Positions 1-5,592 of a stretch of DNA of 15,116 bases are shown here, in pieces. This DNA comes from Candidatus Firestoneibacteriota bacterium (lineage in GTDB: Bacteria; Oederibacteriota; D2-FULL-39-29; JBDRBU01): positions 1 through 15,116 of the forward strand of contig JBDRBU010000094.1 in assembly GCA_043822305.1 (NCBI GenBank), in the 5' to 3' direction. The notes beneath the pieces are model-generated. The model had not been told where the DNA came from. It made no database searches and saw only the letters and a program-made list of their open reading frames with translations. Every line of letters starts with the position of its first letter. The first letter of the stretch is position 1. Both the position numbers and the translations under genes were made by a program.

Positions 1-121
1 AATAGAGAAAAAAGATAAACAATTAGGACTTTTTTAAATAGTAAAGCGTTTTTACATATTCTCTCCCTAACACCACATAAAAACCTCAAGCAAAAACCTC
101 TAAATTAAGCTATAATATTAA

Positions 122-290
122 CCGTAATTGGTAACTCGTAAAGCGCCCCGTGGAATCTAAAAGATTCCCGGGACCAAAGTCCTTGAGATTGTTCATCAAT
201 CTCTAAGGGTAATTCGTAACTTTTTTTAATTACCAATTACCATTTACGGATTGCTGTTTACCATTTTCGTAATTAGTAATTACGAAAATG
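122..290. repeat. Structured region upstream of the tRNA: nested inverted repeats and degenerate GTAA/TTAC heptamer-like units
   Basis: 122-141 pairs with 230-249 (17/20). Hairpin CCCG-t-GGAATCT-aaa-AGATTCC-CGGG at 147-172. Hairpin CCTT-GAGATTG-ttcat-CAATCTC-t-AAGG at 181-208. Perfect palindrome CATTTTCGTAATTA-g-TAATTACGAAAATG at 262-290. Confidence 0.75.
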
Positions 291-362
291 CCGAGATAGC
301 TCAGTTGGTAGAGCAGGGCATTCGTAATGCCAACTGAAGAAATTTTTAATCCTTTTGCGGCA
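290..362 (+). pseudogene. tRNA-Thr(CGT) with intact 5' half and degenerate 3' half; probable integration (attL-like) site
   Basis: GCCGAGA-TA-GCTC-AGTTGGTA-GAGC-A-GGGCA-TTCGTAA-TGCC gives a canonical acceptor 5' strand, D-arm and anticodon arm (CGT). The T-arm GGTTCRA is absent (AAATTTTTAA instead). TTGCGGC-A at 355-362 is still in register to pair 6/7 with the acceptor 5' strand. Confidence 0.85.
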
Positions 363-405
363 CGTCAAATTGCAGGCAGGCATTATGATTTAGTCTTTTA
401 ATCTC

Positions 406-467
406 TTTGAACCAATTTGCATGAATTTGAACCATTTTGACCCTCTTATGGACACCTATTGGACACC
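406..467 (+). repeat. Two pairs of short direct repeats next to the tRNA; candidate integrase arm-type or accessory sites
   Basis: TTTGAACCAWTTTG at 406-419 and 426-439 (20-bp period); TGGACACC at 449-456 and 460-467 (11-bp period); inverted GGTTCAAA at 513-520. Function is inferred from position only. Confidence 0.55.
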
Positions 468-610
468 ATAAGGCTAGTTATACAAATAGACTTTTTCCGA
501 GTATATAAAAAAGGTTCAAAAAGTTGTATAGAAAAAGGGTTTAATCAATCTTCAATGCAAAATCCGAAGGTATAGATTGTCAAGCTGTTAATAAGAAATC
601 CCATCTCAAT

Positions 611-638
611 TTGACAAGATTTTAAAAACATGTAAAAT
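611..638 (+). promoter_or_regulatory. Candidate sigma70 promoter for the TAC operon
   Basis: TTGACA (611-616), 16-bp spacer, TAAAAT (633-638). Confidence 0.5.
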
Positions 639-681
639 AAATTTTAGTTTATTGTCAAGTCCTTCACGCAAACGCATATAT

Positions 682-710
682 TTGGAAAATGATACTACCT
701 GTAGTATAAT
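682..710 (+). promoter_or_regulatory. Candidate promoter overlapped by a palindromic operator (likely HicB autorepression site)
   Basis: TTGGAA (682-687), 17 bp, TATAAT (705-710). Palindrome ATACTAC-ct-GTAGTAT (692-707) overlaps the -10. SD AAGGAG at 712-717. Confidence 0.6.
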
Positions 711-724
711 CAAGGAGAAAACGG

Positions 725-991
725 TTGGCTAACATTGATAAAATAGTCAAGAAGATGTTGCAGCGACCAGCTGAAATGCCATTTAATGAAATTAAACGTA
801 TATTAGAATATTTTGGATTCACTTTACGTACTACAGGTAGTGGGAGTAGTCACCTAATTTACGAAAGAGAAAATAGTCGCCCAATAACTATAGTTAAAAA
901 TAAAAAAAAGGTCACAAGGTGGTATATAAAGGATATTGTAAAAATATTAACCTTGGAGGAATGGTATGAAAAAAGGAGGGTTGATGAGTAG
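725..991 (+). CDS. hicA: HicA-family mRNA interferase toxin
   Basis: 88-aa basic protein with the HicA pattern 'F.EIKRILEYFGF...GSSH.IY', including the catalytic His. TTG start with SD AAGGAG; directly upstream of a HicB gene. Confidence 0.88.
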   Translation: MANIDKIVKKMLQRPAEMPFNEIKRILEYFGFTLRTTGSGSSHLIYERENSRPITIVKNKKKVTRWYIKDIVKILTLEEWYEKRRVDE

Positions 992-1451
992 AATGAGTCC
1001 TTACATGAAATTACCCTATACAATCGAGTTGATTCAAGAGGAAGTAGGTGGCTTTCACGTGAAGGTAAAAGAACTTCCTGGATGTATGAGTTATGGAAAA
1101 ACCGCAGCTGAGGCTATCAAGAATATTAAGGATGCTCAGCTATTGTGGATTGAAACAGCTATAGAGAAAGGGATTGACATACCGTCTCCCGATGTTACAG
1201 GGGAATATTCCGGTAAAGTACTGTTAAGGATGCCTAAGTATATCCATGAACGTCTGTCTGGAATGGCAGAAGAAGAAGGGACAAGTTTAAATCAACTTAT
1301 TGTATCACTCCTTTCTGGAAAGTCAGCAATTAAGGAAATGGCAAAAGAATTACAGAAATATGAGAAGTCAAACCAACATCTACACGTATGGAAGATATAT
1401 CCTAACTCGCTAATACCAAAATTTGAAGAGAATGAACATGCCACAGCCTAA
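984..1451 (+). CDS. hicB: HicB-family antitoxin (HicB domain + RHH) with ~44-aa C-terminal extension (putative chaperone-addiction tail)
   Basis: 'ELPGCMSYGKT..EA..N..DA...WIE' HicB fold; 'YSGKVLLRMPKYIHERL..AEEEGTSLNQLIV' RHH domain. ATG 984 follows AGGAGG (974-979) and overlaps the hicA stop; the ORF track starts at 966. Confidence 0.92.
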   Translation: MSRMSPYMKLPYTIELIQEEVGGFHVKVKELPGCMSYGKTAAEAIKNIKDAQLLWIETAIEKGIDIPSPDVTGEYSGKVLLRMPKYIHERLSGMAEEEGTSLNQLIVSLLSGKSAIKEMAKELQKYEKSNQHLHVWKIYPNSLIPKFEENEHATA

Positions 1452-1884
1452 ACCTAAAAACAAAGAAATCACGAAATATAAAAAATTCATAGAAACGCTT
1501 ACTATCCAATCTCTGCGTATTCTTTCTTTGGATGTCAGCGTTGAAGAAAATTTTCACCCTCCAGCTGTAATTATTAAGGAAGAGAAGAAACGCTTTGAAA
1601 AAATAGATAATAAGACGTTTAAAGTTTACCATGAGTATAATATAAATGGCAAAAAGCAAAAAGATGAAAAAATTAAATTAAAAATAAGAGTCGTCTATCT
1701 AATAACTTACCATTCGGAAGTTTCAATTTCCGAGAAGTTCTTTAGCCTTTTGGGAAATTCTTCGCTATATTTACATACATGGCCGTATCTTAGAGAGTTA
1801 GTTCAAGAAATAACAACACGAATGGGTTTACCACCGTTAATCTTAAAGCCCATGTTTGTAAAACACTCGAAGTTGCAGAAATAG
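1432..1884 (+). CDS. SecB-like chaperone (TAC third component)
   Basis: C-terminal 'WPYLRELVQEITTRMGLPPLIL' is the SecB-family helix/loop signature. About 150 aa; overlaps the hicB 3' end. Start is ambiguous (1423 TTG, 1432 or 1438 ATG). Confidence 0.85.
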   Translation: MNMPQPKPKNKEITKYKKFIETLTIQSLRILSLDVSVEENFHPPAVIIKEEKKRFEKIDNKTFKVYHEYNINGKKQKDEKIKLKIRVVYLITYHSEVSISEKFFSLLGNSSLYLHTWPYLRELVQEITTRMGLPPLILKPMFVKHSKLQK

Positions 1885-1969
1885 ATTAAAGTATTTTGTT
1901 GTTAAGCGAGGGTTATTTTTGCTACCAATTTTGATAAATCCACCCTTTCAGCTCTTGTTATAGTATTTT

Positions 1970-2090
1970 TCGGAATTTTTCCGAGCCTATAAAAAAGAGT
2001 TTTCCAAGGCCTATAATAGGACATTATCCCGAGTTTTTTGACACCCTAAAAGAAGGGAATTTCCCACCGCCTATAATAGCTGTTTTCGCC
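1970..2090 (+). repeat. Degenerate direct repeats, consensus TTTTCCnnnGCCTATAAtAg
   Basis: Copies begin near 1977 (ttttccgagcctataaaaa), 2000 (ttttccaaggcctataatag), 2035 (degenerate) and 2060 (tttcccaccgcctataatag). Confidence 0.6.
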
Positions 2091-2127
2091 TCAAATCTCG
2101 CTCAAAAGAGAAAACCTGTTCAATAGG

Positions 2128-2335
2128 CAAGACCTTATATAAAACAAAGGCAAAACGTCTTACAAAATCTTACATTCAGCAAACTGTAAAGACTTGCCAA
2201 AACTTGCATATAAAACGAAGGTAAAAACCTCATATCTAAACTAAACGAAAAGGTTGCATATAACAAATTGCAAAACTTGTCATATAAAAAGAAACCCGGT
2301 GCGATTGAAAGACTTACCAAAACTTAACATTCAAC
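2128..2335 (+). repeat. Array of ~7 degenerate direct repeats, consensus CAAAACTTRCATATAAAA
   Basis: Copies near 2128, 2163, 2198, 2223, 2248, 2271 and 2318. AAAGACTTRCCAAAACTT at 2188-2205 and 2308-2325 match 17/18. Confidence 0.7.
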
Positions 2336-2349
2336 TCAAATTCAATTTA

Positions 2350-2378
2350 TTGCCAATCCACTGTCGGAAGAATATAAT
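2350..2378 (+). promoter_or_regulatory. Candidate sigma70 promoter for the PabI-family R-M operon
   Basis: TTGCCA (2350-2355), 17 bp, TATAAT (2373-2378); SD AGGAGG at 2434-2439 before ATG 2444. Confidence 0.65.
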
Positions 2379-2443
2379 AGGGAAAACAGAAATAATCTGA
2401 ATTTTATAATAAAATAGGTTTCAGTTTAAGGTAAGGAGGAAAG

Positions 2444-3196
2444 ATGGAATATAATGTTAAGGGACGAGATATTTTGATAACTATTCCAGCTGCTAACTAT
2501 AGAGAGTATAGATTTAATAAAAGAAAAAATAGATTAGATTTTGGAGAAACTTTCTCAACAAGAAAGTCTATTTTTGATGAGCAAGTCTATTTAGAATGGC
2601 AAATAGGTTATGATGTCCTAGTTAATGAAGTTGAGAAGGGGGAAAAGAAAACAAAATTAGACAAAAAAGATTTTTTAGGTAGTAACGGCAAGCGCAAGTA
2701 TCCTTCTCAATTGTCAGAAATCTTTTATGCTGCTATTGAATTGGACCTTATCTCAAATAAAGAAGTTAATCATTTGCTTGATGAAATAAGGGGTTATCAG
2801 GGTTTTATAGATGAGAAAACTATAAGCGTAGAGCACCATTCCAAACTTACTATTAACGGAATAAACTTTGAAGAAACAAGCATCAAATTGCCTACACTTT
2901 TTATGATTGAAACCATAGATGAAACACAAATCGAAGTTTCTATTAAAAAACAACAATATGCCACTGGTGTTCAACCTATGGTTTATTTTTGTATACCCAT
3001 TCAATCTTTTATGAATTCGTCTTATCTTTTAGGTAAATCATCTGTTTCGGGAGACAATCTAATATATGTTATAAACAAAAACAATGTTCAAAATCTAATA
3101 AGTTTGATGAAAATTTTCGGTATGGCTTCTAAACGCCATAATTATGATATTGTCCAAATTATTCAAACATTACGTGAAATACATGCAAGTAAATAA
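2444..3196 (+). CDS. R.PabI-family (HALFPIPE) restriction DNA glycosylase
   Basis: 'YLEWQIGYD' and 'KQQYATGVQPMVYFCIP' blocks plus C-terminal 'FGMASKRHNYDI' (HxxD) are characteristic of the R.PabI/R.HpyAXII family. Overlaps a methyltransferase gene. Confidence 0.82.
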   Translation: MEYNVKGRDILITIPAANYREYRFNKRKNRLDFGETFSTRKSIFDEQVYLEWQIGYDVLVNEVEKGEKKTKLDKKDFLGSNGKRKYPSQLSEIFYAAIELDLISNKEVNHLLDEIRGYQGFIDEKTISVEHHSKLTINGINFEETSIKLPTLFMIETIDETQIEVSIKKQQYATGVQPMVYFCIPIQSFMNSSYLLGKSSVSGDNLIYVINKNNVQNLISLMKIFGMASKRHNYDIVQIIQTLREIHASK

Positions 3197-4361
3197 AGCA
3201 GAACATTTGCCGAAACATAAACAAGTCCAGCTTGGGAGTTATTACACTCCAGAAAAATTAACAAGAAGGGTTTACGATTTTATTCAACCATATCTTTCGG
3301 CTCGTCGAAAAAAGATTGTAATAGTTGATAGTGCTGGGGGATGTGGAGCATTTTTAGTTCATGCTAATGGGAATGATTATCGCATAGCAGATAAAGATGC
3401 CAAAGCATGTGCGTTCTTAAGGCAACGGTTTGATAAGAATAAAATATTTCATACAAATTCTTTAACTAGGGTGAGTAGGGAAAAATATTTAATACCCCCT
3501 TCTGCATTTTTAATAATGATTGGAAATCCTCCTTATAATGATACAACCTCGGAGTTTAAGAATGGAAGAAAGGGGAAAAATATATGTGATGAGGATTTAT
3601 ACGATAGAGACTTAGGGGTATCGTTTTTAAAATCATACCATAAACTAAAAGCTGATATTGTTTGCATATTGCATCCTTTATCATATTTAATTAAAGAGAC
3701 TAACTTTAAGCGATTGCGTGTTTTTAAAAATAGCTACAAACTAACAAAAGGAGAAATATTTTCTAGTGCCTTGTTCCACGGAACAGGTTTAATTAAGTTC
3801 CCAATATTGATAGCCCTTTATGAAAGAACTGTAGAAGGAATGACATTTGATTATATTAGGCATTTTAAATTTAATATATTAGGTAGTAATAAGAAATTTG
3901 TTTTATCTAATTATAAAACAACAGACGGCTATATTGATAAATATCCCCCTCGCAAACATGACATAAAAAAGTCTCCTATAGGATTATATTATTACACCTT
4001 TCGTGATTTTAATTCTTTAAAAAAGAACACCTCTTTTATTACGAAAGAGCATCCCAATGGAATTGTTGTAACATTAGAGAACTTTTATAAGTATTCGTAT
4101 CTCTATTCGTTGAAAAGTCTGTTTAAGCCTGAAGATGCGTGGTTATATGGGAATCTGTCTCCCCTCGCAAACATAGAAGATATAGAGCAGAATAAAGAAC
4201 TTTATATCTCATACGCTATTAAAACCAATCAATCTTTCAGAGAAATGGATAATTCTCTTCAGAAAAAAATTGTAAATTATTACAAAATAAAAACTTACAA
4301 TATGGAGCATGTTGACAAGATTGAAAAAACAATCAAGAATAGGTTGAACAGGTTAATTTAA
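3183..4361 (+). CDS. N6-adenine DNA methyltransferase (gamma-type), cognate of the PabI-family enzyme
   Basis: Motif X 'LGSYYTP', motif I 'DSAGGCGAF', motif IV 'GNPPY'. Likely start ATG 3183 overlapping the R gene; the ORF track starts at 3144. Confidence 0.9.
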   Translation: MQVNKAEHLPKHKQVQLGSYYTPEKLTRRVYDFIQPYLSARRKKIVIVDSAGGCGAFLVHANGNDYRIADKDAKACAFLRQRFDKNKIFHTNSLTRVSREKYLIPPSAFLIMIGNPPYNDTTSEFKNGRKGKNICDEDLYDRDLGVSFLKSYHKLKADIVCILHPLSYLIKETNFKRLRVFKNSYKLTKGEIFSSALFHGTGLIKFPILIALYERTVEGMTFDYIRHFKFNILGSNKKFVLSNYKTTDGYIDKYPPRKHDIKKSPIGLYYYTFRDFNSLKKNTSFITKEHPNGIVVTLENFYKYSYLYSLKSLFKPEDAWLYGNLSPLANIEDIEQNKELYISYAIKTNQSFREMDNSLQKKIVNYYKIKTYNMEHVDKIEKTIKNRLNRLI

Positions 4362-4374
4362 TTTTCAAAAAGAG

Positions 4375-4605
4375 ATGTTAAGCGTGGTCATGAAAAATAA
4401 AATTAGTAATGATTCGGGAGCATTAGAATGGACATATTGTAAAAAATGCAACCAAAATACCAATCATCAAATTTCCAAGAATAAAAAAAATATTATAAAG
4501 ATGGATTGTATTTACTGTAAAAATCTAAAAAATAGGGGAAAACATGGTGTTGCGAAGACAAAGCCTAAAAATGGTTGGACTAAATCAGGGTTCACAGTTA
4601 AATAA
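4375..4605 (+). CDS. Small basic putative Zn-ribbon protein, function unknown
   Basis: Two CxxC pairs (CKKC, CIYC); fills the gap between co-oriented genes. No clear SD; start may be 4390. Confidence 0.45.
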   Translation: MLSVVMKNKISNDSGALEWTYCKKCNQNTNHQISKNKKNIIKMDCIYCKNLKNRGKHGVAKTKPKNGWTKSGFTVK

Positions 4606-4639
4606 AACGGAGTCAGGTCTTGCATTAACACATTAAGAA

Positions 4640-5560
4640 ATGACAGCTGCGAAACAAAAATATCTATTCTATGTTTTAGTATTAAGCCTAATTTTCTTAG
4701 CAAGTTGCACCCACAATACCATTAACCAAACAACACAGCTAAACACTCCTCAAGAAACAAAAAAACCTACTGCCATAGAACAGCAAACAATAAAAATAGC
4801 CTCATTTAACATTCAGATTTTCGGCCAGACAAAAATAAAAAATGATGAAGTCATGCAGATAATCTCAAAAATAGTCAAACAATATGACTTAGTTGCAATA
4901 CAGGAAGTAAGAAGCACTGAACAAAATGTTATACCCACCTTGCTGAATTACATTAATGACGCCAATACAAAATATGACTATATAATAAGTGAAAGGTTAG
5001 GCAGAAGTACGAGCAAAGAGCAGTATGTCTTTGTCTATAACACAAAAACAATAAATCTTATTCCAAATAGCAGTTATGTTGCAGGAGACCCTGACGATGT
5101 TTTTGAAAGAGAGCCGTTTATTGCTTCTTTTAAAGCAGGGAATTTTGATTTCACAATAGTTGATAATCACGTCAAGCCTGAAGATGTAGAGGCAGAATTA
5201 ACACACCTGAAAATAGAAATAAATAAAATCTATGATGGCTCTTCTGAAAAAGATGTTATAGTTGTCGGAGATATGAATGCAGACGGCTCTTATTTTAAAG
5301 AAGAAAAACTGGCTGTAATTTTACCTGAATGGACACAGATGATTGGGAATAATGTAGATACAACAGTCGGAACTGCTGATAACACCTATGATAGAATGAT
5401 GACAAGAGATACAACTGCAAACGTGGAATATACTGGCAATTCAGGAGCATTCAGATGGGATACTGAATATAACGTAACAGATTCTGCTTTTATCAAGAAA
5501 GTTTCAGATCATTATCCTGTATACGCTGAATTTAGGGTTGATTTGCAGGATGATGATTAA
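4640..5560 (+). CDS. DNase I-like exonuclease/endonuclease/phosphatase (EEP) lipoprotein
   Basis: Signal peptide with lipobox LASC. DNase I motifs IASFNIQ.FG, DLVAIQEVR, SERLGR.TSKEQY.FVY, FEREPF, GDMNAD.SY, YDR and SDHYPV. Confidence 0.92.
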   Translation: MTAAKQKYLFYVLVLSLIFLASCTHNTINQTTQLNTPQETKKPTAIEQQTIKIASFNIQIFGQTKIKNDEVMQIISKIVKQYDLVAIQEVRSTEQNVIPTLLNYINDANTKYDYIISERLGRSTSKEQYVFVYNTKTINLIPNSSYVAGDPDDVFEREPFIASFKAGNFDFTIVDNHVKPEDVEAELTHLKIEINKIYDGSSEKDVIVVGDMNADGSYFKEEKLAVILPEWTQMIGNNVDTTVGTADNTYDRMMTRDTTANVEYTGNSGAFRWDTEYNVTDSAFIKKVSDHYPVYAEFRVDLQDDD

Positions 5561-5592
5561 GAATCAGGAAAGATTTATTAAGAGCCGGAGCA

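Noticed and set aside
1..89. Possible start of a divergent minus-strand gene (TTG at 89-87, MRFLCGVRERICKNALLFKKVLIVYLFSL...)
   Set aside because: Only 29 codons are visible at the window edge; this cannot be supported without the upstream sequence.
333..362. Intron-containing or split tRNA explanation for the missing T-arm
   Set aside because: The anticodon loop is uninterrupted, no group I core or 3' exon with GGTTCRA was seen in the window, and the acceptor 3' strand is already in normal register.
576..659. ATTGTCAAG direct repeat (576-584, 651-659) with an inverted TTGACAA (611-617) as minus-strand promoters
   Set aside because: No acceptable -10 lies 16-18 bp away on the minus strand. 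They could be operators, but are too short to support in AT-rich DNA.
2135..2320. 61-aa minus-strand ORF
   Set aside because: It lies wholly in the repeat array. Its hydrophobic, Phe/Leu-rich composition reflects the T-rich strand, and it has no recognisable motif.
1970..2335. Possible CRISPR array or integron attC sites
   Set aside because: The repeats are short, degenerate and irregularly spaced, with no unique constant-length spacers and no cas genes. There are no paired RYYYAAC/GTTRRRY ends with a long hairpin, and the recombinase lacks the IntI insertion.
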